In this document: in pieces, positions 19,973-28,520 of the stretch
How positions within the stretch are numbered: the first letter of the stretch is position 1
Layout of the letters: each line of letters begins with the position of its first letter
Source of the DNA: Treponemataceae bacterium
GTDB lineage: Bacteria > Spirochaetota > Spirochaetia > Treponematales > Rectinemataceae
Length of the DNA: 64,000 nt
Assembly (NCBI GenBank): GCA_963677895.2
Contig: CAXXGJ010000006.1
Coordinates: 96,001-160,000 of the forward strand
Reading direction: 5' to 3'
Made by a program: the position numbers and the translations under genes
Notes under the pieces: generated by a model
Told to the model about the DNA's origin: nothing
Databases searched by the model: none
The model's input: only the letters and a program-made list of their open reading frames with translations

Positions 19973-19985
19973 ATTCATCTTCTCC

Positions 19986-20018
19986 TTAATGATAGTCGAC
20001 AATAGATACCTCTTCAAT
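19986..20018 (-). pseudogene. higB: 3' remnant of a higB toxin gene
   Basis: Reads IEEVSIVDYH-stop, the typical HigB C-terminus, directly before the higA RBS; the rest of the gene is absent. Confidence 0.72.
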
Positions 20019-20043
20019 CGTGTAAATCCTGTATGACTTCCAT

Positions 20044-20080
20044 AAAAAGAAGGCCGCCCGCGCTTTCGCGTGGGCGGCCT
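20044..20080 (-). terminator. Intrinsic terminator
   Basis: AGGCCGCCC...GGGCGGCCT stem followed by TCTTTTT on the minus strand. Confidence 0.8.
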
Positions 20081-20105
20081 GTCGATGATGGCAAGGAGTC
20101 AGCGG

Positions 20106-20663
20106 TTATTTGCCGCTCTTGCCGTTACCATTGTTGTTACCGTTGCTTTCGCCGTCGCTGTCGTCGCCTTCATCGTCATTGTCGTTCTCGCCTTTGCCCT
20201 TGCCGCCGGCGCTGTTTTCGCGCTCCTGCTTCATTTCCTTGAAGATTTTGCCCTGGTGGTCGCCCCATTTCAGTTTGAGGGCATGGAACTCGGCCGATCC
20301 GGGGGTTATGCCGATGGTCTGGGCGAGGATGCCCCAGCCGTGGCCTTCCACGCCGTCCGCCAGAAGAATGGCTTCGGCGAGGGGTTTTTCGGTGGCCTGG
20401 GAGATTTCCAGGGCCAGCCAGATTTCGCCGGGCGCGTAACCTTGGGTGGAGAGGTCTTGGAGGACGAGGATATCGACGTTGAATTCCACGCTTAGCTTGA
20501 TGAGAAGTCCTTCCAGGTCCTCTTCTCCGGCTTCATTGACCAGCGAGAGTTCCTCGTCGAGATCGTCGTCTTCGCCCGTGGTCTGGGCCGAAAGACCCAT
20601 GGCCGCTATGAATGAAAATGCCAGTATCGCCAACAGGGCGATGATTTTTTTGTTTTTCCGCAT
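20106..20663 (-). CDS. Exported hypothetical protein with acidic and G/N/K-rich tail
   Basis: GGAGG RBS, MRKNKK signal peptide ending LSA, GHGWGILAQTIGITPGS core. Confidence 0.8.
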   Translation of the reverse strand: MRKNKKIIALLAILAFSFIAAMGLSAQTTGEDDDLDEELSLVNEAGEEDLEGLLIKLSVEFNVDILVLQDLSTQGYAPGEIWLALEISQATEKPLAEAILLADGVEGHGWGILAQTIGITPGSAEFHALKLKWGDHQGKIFKEMKQERENSAGGKGKGENDNDDEGDDSDGESNGNNNGNGKSGK

Positions 20664-20704
20664 TCTATACCTCCGTTTCCCTTTTTCGAGGGAGTCTATG
20701 GGTG

Positions 20705-20732
20705 GATACGCGCCCAGGCCGCGCGTGGTTGC
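20705..20732 (-). promoter_or_regulatory. Putative ECF-sigma promoter
   Basis: GCAACC-N16-CGTATC upstream of the exported-protein gene. Confidence 0.55.
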
Positions 20733-20781
20733 AGGAATTGGTTCTGGCATGAAGGCCTCGTCTTGGGTATACTTCGTCCAT

Positions 20782-21369
20782 ATGACCGGTGAGTTGCGCA
20801 ACAATGACAGCGAGGTGGTGGCCAGAGTTCTCTCGGGCGACCGGGAGGCCTACCGCATCCTCGTGGATAAATATGGAAGCAGGGTTTTCGCGTTCTGCCG
20901 GTCCAGGATGAGATCCGACGAGGATGCCCGCGACGCCGCCCAGGATGTTTTCATCAGGGCTTTCAACTCGCTGGCTTCCTTCAGGCAGGGGGAAAGTTTC
21001 CCGGCCTGGCTCTTCGCTATCGCGGGCAATCACGTGCGCACGCGATTCCGCGTTTTTTCTTCGGAGCGGCGCAAGACCGAGGCGGCCGGCATGATGGCGG
21101 CGACCGCGGCTCCCGCCGATCCGGCCGAGGATGTGGAACGGAAGTTGAGCGGGGAGGCGCTGCGACGCGCGGTTTCCGCCTTGCCTGTCGAGCTGCGCTG
21201 GCCGGTGGAGTTCTATTATTTCGCCGAGTTGTCGGTGGCGGAAACCGCGCGCGTCCTGGGCCTGGGCGATGAGGCGGTAAAGACGAGGCTGTTCCGGGCG
21301 CGCAAGGCACTGCGCCTATTATTGGAAGATGAGCAACCGAAAAGCGTTTCGCGAGGTATAGCTTTATGA
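20782..21369 (+). CDS. ECF RNA polymerase sigma factor
   Basis: GDREAY, DAAQDVFIRAF, FPAWLFAIA, region 4 ETARVLG...VKTRLFRAR; start reassigned to MTGEL. Confidence 0.93.
   Translation: MTGELRNNDSEVVARVLSGDREAYRILVDKYGSRVFAFCRSRMRSDEDARDAAQDVFIRAFNSLASFRQGESFPAWLFAIAGNHVRTRFRVFSSERRKTEAAGMMAATAAPADPAEDVERKLSGEALRRAVSALPVELRWPVEFYYFAELSVAETARVLGLGDEAVKTRLFRARKALRLLLEDEQPKSVSRGIAL
21333..21360 (+). promoter_or_regulatory. Putative ECF-sigma promoter inside the 3' end of the sigma gene
   Basis: GCAACC-N16-GGTATA just before the anti-sigma ATG; same spacing as the copy at 20705-20732. Confidence 0.5.
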
Positions 21370-21986
21370 TGAAATGTGAAGATGTTCGTTCCTTCGTCGA
21401 CGCGTGGGAAGAAGGCAGAAAGACGCTCGACGATCCGGAAGAATTCCGGGCGCACCTCGACGGATGCCGCGAATGTTCGCGGCGCTTCGGCGCGCTGCTG
21501 CCTTTGATGATGAGGGACGCCGATATATCCGGCATCGCGGCGCCGCCGGATGGCTTGACCGATTCCGTGATGAACGCCATCGGCGGCGTCCGCGGCAATA
21601 GCGGCAGCGTCGGCCGCGGACGGTTTGCCTTTGCCGCAAGGCCGGTCCTCGCGGCCGCCGCGGCGGCTATTTTCGTCGTCGGCCTGGGGCTCGGCGTCTT
21701 CTTCACGAAGCTGGACAGGGAGAACGTCACCGTCAGGTTCGTGCTGAGCGCTCCCGAGGCCAGTTCCGTATATCTGGCCGGGGACTTCAATTCCTGGAAC
21801 GGCGAGCGTTACCAGCTCAAGCGCGCCGGATCCGACGGCTTGTGGGAGATCATGGTCCCCTTAAGGAAAGGAAAGGTTTACGTCTACAATTTCATTCTCG
21901 ACGGCACCACGTGGATCGCCGATCCTCAGGTTCCGGCGAAGATAGACGATGGATTCGGAGGCTCGGGGAGCCTCCTGAGGTTATAA
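21366..21986 (+). CDS. Zinc-binding anti-sigma factor with one TM helix and a C-terminal CBM48/AMPK-type glycogen-binding domain
   Basis: HLDGCREC (HxxxCxxC), TM segment, VYLAGDFNSW...GLWE...YNFILDGTTWIADP. Confidence 0.85.
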   Translation: MMKCEDVRSFVDAWEEGRKTLDDPEEFRAHLDGCRECSRRFGALLPLMMRDADISGIAAPPDGLTDSVMNAIGGVRGNSGSVGRGRFAFAARPVLAAAAAAIFVVGLGLGVFFTKLDRENVTVRFVLSAPEASSVYLAGDFNSWNGERYQLKRAGSDGLWEIMVPLRKGKVYVYNFILDGTTWIADPQVPAKIDDGFGGSGSLLRL

Positions 21987-21991
21987 AAAGT

Positions 21992-22804
21992 ATGAAAAAG
22001 CCCGTATACCGAAAAGTCGCTCACCTTATTCTCGCGTTGTCTCTCGTCCTCCTGTTTCCCCTCAATGCGGCGGCGCAGGATTTACAGGCTTGGTTCAGCA
22101 AACCGGCCAATCAGGCGGCCTATGGCGCCATCGCGGCGGAAACGCGGATTCTGGCCGAGGCTATCCAGGGGGCTTCCCTCTCCGATTCCCTCATAGCGGC
22201 GAGACTTGAGGAAGCCGCAAAAAAGCGCATCCCGGCAAACGTGCTTCTCGCGACCCTAAGGGACGATACGGCGCGTTACCTCATCGTTTCAGACGTCCTG
22301 CGGCTCCGGGGGCTTCTGCCCGATAACGAAAATCAGGCGACGGCCATGGTTGAGCAGGTGGCGCTTCTCCTCAGGGCGGGAATCGACCGGACCGAGCTCG
22401 ACGCCACGCTCGACGCGGCGGTTTCCAAGCTGGGCATGAAGGCCGGCGGCAAAACCGCCGTCACGCGGACGGTGGCCGCCCTTTCGGTAGTCGCCAACGC
22501 GCAGGTCGAATACGGCATGAGCAAGGAAGAAAGTCTCCTTCTCGCCATGGCTCTCGTGGAAAGCAAGCTGTCGGACAAAAAACTGGATTCGGTCCTCGAT
22601 GCCATAAAGAAGACCATGGCCAAGGGCGGCACGATCGGCGAGGCGCTGGACTCGGTGATCGAGAAGGAATTGAATTTGAAGGCCATAGAAGCCAAGTCCA
22701 AGACGAAGGCCGAGGAAAATACCAAGGAAAAGTCCAATCAGGGAAAATCCGAAGACAGGGGCAATTCGGACGGAAGCACGGGCAACGGCAATAGTAAAAA
22801 ATAG
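21992..22804 (+). CDS. Exported hypothetical protein, helical, K/G/N-rich tail
   Basis: Signal peptide ending AAA-Q; starts 5 bp after the anti-sigma stop. Confidence 0.78.
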   Translation: MKKPVYRKVAHLILALSLVLLFPLNAAAQDLQAWFSKPANQAAYGAIAAETRILAEAIQGASLSDSLIAARLEEAAKKRIPANVLLATLRDDTARYLIVSDVLRLRGLLPDNENQATAMVEQVALLLRAGIDRTELDATLDAAVSKLGMKAGGKTAVTRTVAALSVVANAQVEYGMSKEESLLLAMALVESKLSDKKLDSVLDAIKKTMAKGGTIGEALDSVIEKELNLKAIEAKSKTKAEENTKEKSNQGKSEDRGNSDGSTGNGNSKK

Positions 22805-23020
22805 CCTTTCGGCATGGCTGAAGGCCAGCCGCCGCGCTCTAGTTGAACAAATGCAGCCAATGCGCTATACTGCAAGAAATTCACCGATTGGCGTCGCATG
22901 AATCGTTTATACCTTGTATAATTCGAACGCCATCGTTTTGAGCTCGCATCGGCCATCCAGTATGGCTCCGATCTTGATTGACCAGGTTCATGCTGTTCAA
23001 GCAAACATATAGGATCTTCA

Positions 23021-24142
23021 TTGAATTTCTCATCATTCTCATTCGACAAAACCATCGCGTCCAACATAGCCCAAGCCGGCTATGAAACCCCGACCCCTAT
23101 CCAGGAAAAGACGATTCCCGCCATTCTCGAGGGCAAGGATGTGCTTGGGCTCGCGCAGACCGGCACGGGCAAAACGGCCGCTTTCGCCCTCCCCATCCTC
23201 CAGCGTCTCATGGGCGGAGAGCGCTGCGTGCGCCGCGCGCTCATCATTTCGCCAACCAGGGAGCTTGCCCAACAAACCCATACGACTTTTGAATCATTGG
23301 GCAAGGGCACGGGCTTCAGGAGCATGAGCATTTATGGCGGGGTGACGGCCAAATCCCAGATAAAAACGCTTAAAAACATCATGCCGGAGATCGTCGTCGC
23401 CTGTCCCGGCCGTCTTCTGGACCTCATGGGCCAGGGTTTCGTGGATCTGCGCTCGATCGAGATTCTCGTCCTGGACGAGGCCGACCAGATGTTCGACATG
23501 GGCTTCCTGCCTTCGATCAAGAAGATCATCCAGGCCCTGCCCAGGAATCACCAGACCTTGCTCTTCTCCGCGACGCTTCCTTCGGAGATAAGGACGCTGG
23601 CCAGGCAGTTCCAGAACGATCCGGTGCGTGTGGAGATCGGGAATTCCAAGCCGGTCGAAACCGTGAGCCATTTCGTAAGCCCGGTGAGCCAGGCCGACAA
23701 GTACGAGGCTTTGCGATCGGTGCTGTCCACGGGGACCACGGGTCAGACGCTCATTTTCACGAGGACGAAGCATAGGGCGAAGAAGCTGGCCCTGCAGCTG
23801 ACGAGCGCCGGCTACGGCGCCACGTCGATCCAGGGGAATCTTTCCCAGGGGCAGAGGGAAAAGGCCATGTCCAGTTTCCGCTCCGGCAGGGCCAAGATCA
23901 TGGTGGCCACCGATATCGCGGCGCGCGGCATCGATATTTCCCAGATTTCCCAGGTCATCAATTTCGATATTCCCGACACTCCCGAGGCTTACACCCACAG
24001 GATCGGCAGGACCGGCCGCATGCTGCACAAGGGCGTGGCGCTGACCTTCGTCACTCCCGAGGACAAGCAGATTCTGCGCTCGATCGAGCGCTTCATCGGC
24101 GCCCCGATCGCGCAGATGGCCATAGCCAGGCTGGCGATATAG
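23021..24142 (+). CDS. DEAD-box RNA helicase (RhlE-like)
   Basis: Q motif, AQTGTGKT, PTRELA, DEAD, SAT, ARGID, HRIGRTGR. Confidence 0.96.
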   Translation: MNFSSFSFDKTIASNIAQAGYETPTPIQEKTIPAILEGKDVLGLAQTGTGKTAAFALPILQRLMGGERCVRRALIISPTRELAQQTHTTFESLGKGTGFRSMSIYGGVTAKSQIKTLKNIMPEIVVACPGRLLDLMGQGFVDLRSIEILVLDEADQMFDMGFLPSIKKIIQALPRNHQTLLFSATLPSEIRTLARQFQNDPVRVEIGNSKPVETVSHFVSPVSQADKYEALRSVLSTGTTGQTLIFTRTKHRAKKLALQLTSAGYGATSIQGNLSQGQREKAMSSFRSGRAKIMVATDIAARGIDISQISQVINFDIPDTPEAYTHRIGRTGRMLHKGVALTFVTPEDKQILRSIERFIGAPIAQMAIARLAI

Positions 24143-24173
24143 TTTCTCTTCCCCGATAGGGGATGCGCCTGAA

Positions 24174-24215
24174 GGGCGGCCGGCTCCATCTTCGATGGGG
24201 CCGGCCGCTCTTTTT
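24174..24215 (+). terminator. Intrinsic terminator between convergent genes
   Basis: GGGCGGCCGGCTCCATC-TTC-GATGGGGCCGGCCGCTC followed by TTTTT. Confidence 0.82.
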
Positions 24216-24216
24216 G

Positions 24217-26022
24217 TCAGTTTTGCTCGCGCAGGACGAATGCCGCGAGGAGGCCCGCCAGAGCGGCGAGTCCGGCGGCCAGGATGATGCCGGTGGCTTG
24301 GGCCGGGGCCGGTTTCTTTTCCTCGTTCAGGACGCTCATGGTTATGGGGATGCCCGAGGCGGAGTCCGGACTCGCCGATTTCCCGAGCAGCCTGACCACG
24401 CCGAAATCGCGAGCCGCCAGGTAGGAAATGAGGGCAGCCTGCCTGGCCGGCAGGCCGACATAGGCGGCGGCGACAGCGTCCAGCGCCGCCTTGGCCACGG
24501 CGCTCGAGCCCGCTTCGTCCGTCGTATCGACGACTATCTTGATCAGGCTCGATTCAGTCTCATACAGGACCTCGGGCGCTTCGTGGAGCGTAGACGAGGC
24601 CTTCGTGGCGGCGCCTTCGGCCGCCTTGAGCACCTTGGCGTCGTCGGAGGCTTTCGTGATTAGGCCCGCCGGTTCCGGCACGAGGGGGTCGTTGAAATAA
24701 GCGCTCAGTTCGAGCCTGTGGTGTTCCACGTCCGCGGCGGCGCCGGCGGCCGGCACGATGAGGGCGCCAAGCGCGAGAACGGCGATCGCCGTCATTCCGA
24801 TTATCACGCGCCGGCTTTTCTTCTTTTTCTCTTCGCCCATTGTCATGCTCCTTGTCGCCGCGATGTCCTCGTCGGCTTTATGTTCTTTCGCCAAAAGGCA
24901 AATGCCCAGGAAATAACCGAGAAAACGCAGGCCTCCCGGATTTATCGTGTCGGAAGCTATCAGAAAAATGAACGCTATGAACGCGAGGTCGAAAAAGTCG
25001 GGCTTCCTGCCGAGGGACAGGGTTCTGGCCGCGAAAATCGCTATGAAGCCGGCCAGGGCGAAGAGTCCGTTTTCGAAGAGCATCGTCAGGTGGGAGTTGT
25101 GGCCTCCAAGGCCTTCTATCTTGAAACTCTGATAGATCGCTGTCCCTTCGAGGCTGTTCCCTAGAATTCTTATGTTGTCCGCTTCGTCCGTATAGCCCCA
25201 GCCGAAGAAGGGGCGCTCCGCGGCCATCGCCGTATAGCCCCGCCAGAGGTCGAGCCGTCCCGTGAGGATGTCGTTGAGGCGCTCGGGCCCCGCCACCATG
25301 ATGAGGAGAAGGGCTATGAGCGAGGCGGCATAGAGGGCCGTGGACAGGGTTTTTATGTGTATTTTGCCCTTGAGCGCGACGATGAGGGAGATGAAGGCGA
25401 AGGCGATGGGGCCCACGCGCCAGCCGCCCGCCAAGGAAAGAATGACGAGAAAGATTTCTCCCAGGGCAAAGGCGCCCAGCTTGAAAAGCCAGGCTTTTTT
25501 TCCCTTTCGTCTGTCGGCCGCGATGGTCGCGTAGAGGGGGAGCCAGAGGGCGAGAAGCCCCGGCGTGTTGCGATGCATGACTTCCCCGAACGAGAGGGGC
25601 GAACCCATTTTATAGCGGACATTGAACCAGTAGAAGGTCATGGCCACGGCGGTGGCGCCCAGCGCCTTGGCGAAGATGTCCTCGACCTTCCTCCGGGGGT
25701 ATGCCTGGAGGAGGGCGGCGCTTCCCGCGAGAATGAAGACGCGCGATCCGGACTTGGCGAAGGCCTTGAAGCTTCCATCGCCCAGGGCGAGCGCGACGAG
25801 GTCCTTGAGGGCTATGGCCGCGAAGAATCCCATGACGAGGAGGGCCCAGCGCGATTTGAGGACTTCCCGCCAGTTCAGGGCGAGGTACCAGGCCGAAACG
25901 GCCAGGATCAGGGCGGTTCCGATGCTATTCCAGTAGCTGAAGACGAAGGCTAGGGGAAGGATGAAGGGCAGGTAGCGGGCCGAGGTTTCAAGGAGCTTCG
26001 GCTTGAGCGATTCCAGTCTCAT
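24217..26022 (-). CDS. O-antigen ligase/polymerase (Wzy_C) in frame with a Wzz-like two-TM domain
   Basis: TGRLDLW, RPFFGWG, HNSHL...ENG; C-terminal part (24217-24840) has N- and C-terminal TMs and its own RBS. Confidence 0.72.
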   Translation of the reverse strand: MRLESLKPKLLETSARYLPFILPLAFVFSYWNSIGTALILAVSAWYLALNWREVLKSRWALLVMGFFAAIALKDLVALALGDGSFKAFAKSGSRVFILAGSAALLQAYPRRKVEDIFAKALGATAVAMTFYWFNVRYKMGSPLSFGEVMHRNTPGLLALWLPLYATIAADRRKGKKAWLFKLGAFALGEIFLVILSLAGGWRVGPIAFAFISLIVALKGKIHIKTLSTALYAASLIALLLIMVAGPERLNDILTGRLDLWRGYTAMAAERPFFGWGYTDEADNIRILGNSLEGTAIYQSFKIEGLGGHNSHLTMLFENGLFALAGFIAIFAARTLSLGRKPDFFDLAFIAFIFLIASDTINPGGLRFLGYFLGICLLAKEHKADEDIAATRSMTMGEEKKKKSRRVIIGMTAIAVLALGALIVPAAGAAADVEHHRLELSAYFNDPLVPEPAGLITKASDDAKVLKAAEGAATKASSTLHEAPEVLYETESSLIKIVVDTTDEAGSSAVAKAALDAVAAAYVGLPARQAALISYLAARDFGVVRLLGKSASPDSASGIPITMSVLNEEKKPAPAQATGIILAAGLAALAGLLAAFVLREQN

Positions 26023-26936
26023 GATCTCTCCTTGGAGGCTTTTCCCAGCTTCCTCGAGTCCATGATTTTAGCCGCCCAGCCGAGGGGCGAGGCCAGGATG
26101 GCGAGGGTTCGGCGCCCGGGTTCGAGTTCGCGCAGGGCGGCGCCGAAGGCTTTCGCGTGAAAGGCGAAGCGGCCGAAGTTGATCGCCTCGCGGAAGGCGG
26201 CCTTCGCGGGCAGGTCGAGTTCGAGTTTTTCCTTGTAGAAGAGTCTCGTGCCCAGGGGATTCCTTACACGCAGGGCAAGGCTCGCGGCCGAAAGTCCGCC
26301 GGGCAGGTAGTCGGCTTCATAGATCACCTTGTCGAGAAGGAAAAGTTTCCATCCCGCGCGCGCTATCCTGTTCCAGACCACGGCTTCGCTCATGAAGCGT
26401 TCCCCTTCGAACTCTGGGAAGGGAAAGGCGCGCAGGACTTCCGTCCTGAACACTTCGGCCTTGTCGGCCTTGATGCCGTATCGGTGGCGCAGCTCGATCG
26501 AGTCGGCCAGCGCGACGCCTTCCGGAAAATCGCCGGTTATGGGGCTTCCGTCGCCGTGGGCTTTCAGGCCGACGATGCCTCCGCAGTTCGCGTTTCCTTC
26601 GCAGCGCGGGACGGCCGAGGCGATGGAAGCGAGGGCATCGGGAGGGAGTCTGTCGTCCGAGTCCACCACGAAGGTCCAGTCGCCCGACACTAGTTCCATG
26701 CCTCTGTTCAGCGCCCGGTGTTTTCCCCCGTTGGGGAGGCTGAACGTGACGAGTCCGTAAGCGGTCTGGCCTTTCCAGGATTCGAGGAGGGCGGCCGTGC
26801 CGTCGCTCGACCCATCGTCCACGACGATCCATTCGAAGTCAGCGCGATTCTGCGCGTCCAGGGAGGCCTTGAGGGCTGGCAGCCTGTCCGCCCTGTTGTA
26901 GGCCGGGGTCAGCACGCTTATGAGGGGCTTCGGCAT
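26019..26936 (-). CDS. Glycosyltransferase family 2
   Basis: TPAYNRA, VDDGSSD, NGGKHRALN, VDSDD. Confidence 0.93.
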   Translation of the reverse strand: MPKPLISVLTPAYNRADRLPALKASLDAQNRADFEWIVVDDGSSDGTAALLESWKGQTAYGLVTFSLPNGGKHRALNRGMELVSGDWTFVVDSDDRLPPDALASIASAVPRCEGNANCGGIVGLKAHGDGSPITGDFPEGVALADSIELRHRYGIKADKAEVFRTEVLRAFPFPEFEGERFMSEAVVWNRIARAGWKLFLLDKVIYEADYLPGGLSAASLALRVRNPLGTRLFYKEKLELDLPAKAAFREAINFGRFAFHAKAFGAALRELEPGRRTLAILASPLGWAAKIMDSRKLGKASKERS

Positions 26937-26940
26937 TTCG

Positions 26941-28516
26941 TCATCTCCTTTCCGTATCGAGCCGGAGCGAGGCGCCGAGGGTGAGGGTCAGAAGGGGTTT
27001 CGTGTTTCCTTTCACGGGCGCGTAGATCCAGATGCCGGAATCGGCGGGCGCGACGCTGGTTTCCGAGGAAGCTATTTCAGGCGCTCTTAGCTCGAGGGCG
27101 TCGAAGGCGATGCCTCCCGCGACACTGCCGTAGAGCGTCCAGGCGCCGCGCTTCCAGTCGGCGTCGAGGCTGAGCATGAAGCGTTTTTCGAGCACGGGAT
27201 CGTCGAGCCAGTGGGTTCCGTCCTGAGGGTCCCTCAAAAGGTCGCCCCAGGCGTTGGCTGGGCTGTTGGAACCCGCGAGGCGGAACTCGAAGGCGGCGCC
27301 CAGATCCAGGTCGCCGAAGTCTTTCGCCCAATTCAGCCTCATGGCCAGGTTGTTCTGTCCGTAGAGGTAGCCGATCTGGTTGTCTTCTATGGCTATGGCG
27401 CGCGGCTGGAATCCCGCGCTTCCCGAGTCGATGTCGAAGCGGGTATCGGGATAATAAGTATAGCCATAGGCCGCCGTGCTCTGGATTTCGGCGAGGGTCG
27501 CGCCGCTGAAGTCGCCCACCTGGCGCGGCTCGAAGGTATATCTGGTCGCCCCCGCCACGTGGAAGCCGAAGCTGCCGGCCCGGGTTTCGAGGCTTCCGCC
27601 CGCGGTGGCGGCCAGCTGCCATGGGTTGTTCACCCATTCGCCCTATGCCAAAGGCGCCGAAATCGTCGACGAGGACCTGGGCGTCGGCAGCGAACTCGCC
27701 CGGCCGGCGCCAATCCCAGAAAATCCCCATGATGCTGTTGTCGTCGTAGCCTGTCGACCAGGGCCGGCCGCCCTGGCCGCTTATGTACTGAATGAGATAT
27801 TGGGGCACGGGGCTTAGGAAATATTCGGCGTCGAAATTTCGTCTCGCGTAGACGGCGATATCCTGGAAGCCGGCCCTCATTTCGCCGCCGGCGAATTTAA
27901 TGCCGTAGGTCTTGAGGTTGGCGCCTCTGTCGGGAAATCCATCGAAGTCGGATTCGGGCCAGCCGTCGGTGTTCATCGAGGAGTCATGGTTGAGCGATAT
28001 CCATCGCGTTTCGTAGAAGAATCTTTCGTCTTCGTATCGCGCGCGCATAATGAACGCCGAGAGGCCGCGGCCGTTAACCGCGAGAGAATAGGGCGAATCT
28101 ATTTCGTCGTAATGTCTAAATCGCCCAACTTCAAAAGTGAAATTGCCCGGCTTCGCCTTGATGCCTCCTTCTTCCATCATCGCGTATATATCGCCCAACG
28201 TTCCCATCGGCGTGTCGGCGAGGATGGGCGCGTATTTTCCGTCGGTTTGCGCCGAGGCTTCCGCCACGAGGCTGAAGATGCCCGCGTCGAAGCGGATCGC
28301 CGCCCCGAGGGAGGGAGAGAATCCGCGGTCCAGGAATTCTTCACCCAGGCTTCCCAGTCTTTCCGTGGCTTCGGCCTTGACGGTAAAGCTTAAGGACGAT
28401 GGCTGCTCCCCGTCGGCCGCGAAGGCGGGCATTGCGAAGATACGCACCGCGAAGATACGCGTCGCGAGGAGGGCCAGGGCGAACAGGATCGTCATTCCGG
28501 TTTTCGTCATTTTCAT
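26941..28516 (-). pseudogene. Exported, probably outer-membrane beta-barrel protein (Wzi-like), split by one extra base near 27641-27643
   Basis: Signal peptide; removing one G joins ...DDFGAFGIG to EWVNNPWQL...; alternating aromatic strands; Wzi likeness is tentative. Confidence 0.55.
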
Positions 28517-28520
28517 ATCC

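Noticed and set aside
22805..23020. Riboswitch or ncRNA upstream of the DEAD-box helicase
   Set aside because: Promoter-like boxes are present (TTGAAC-N17-TATACT) but no recognisable aptamer
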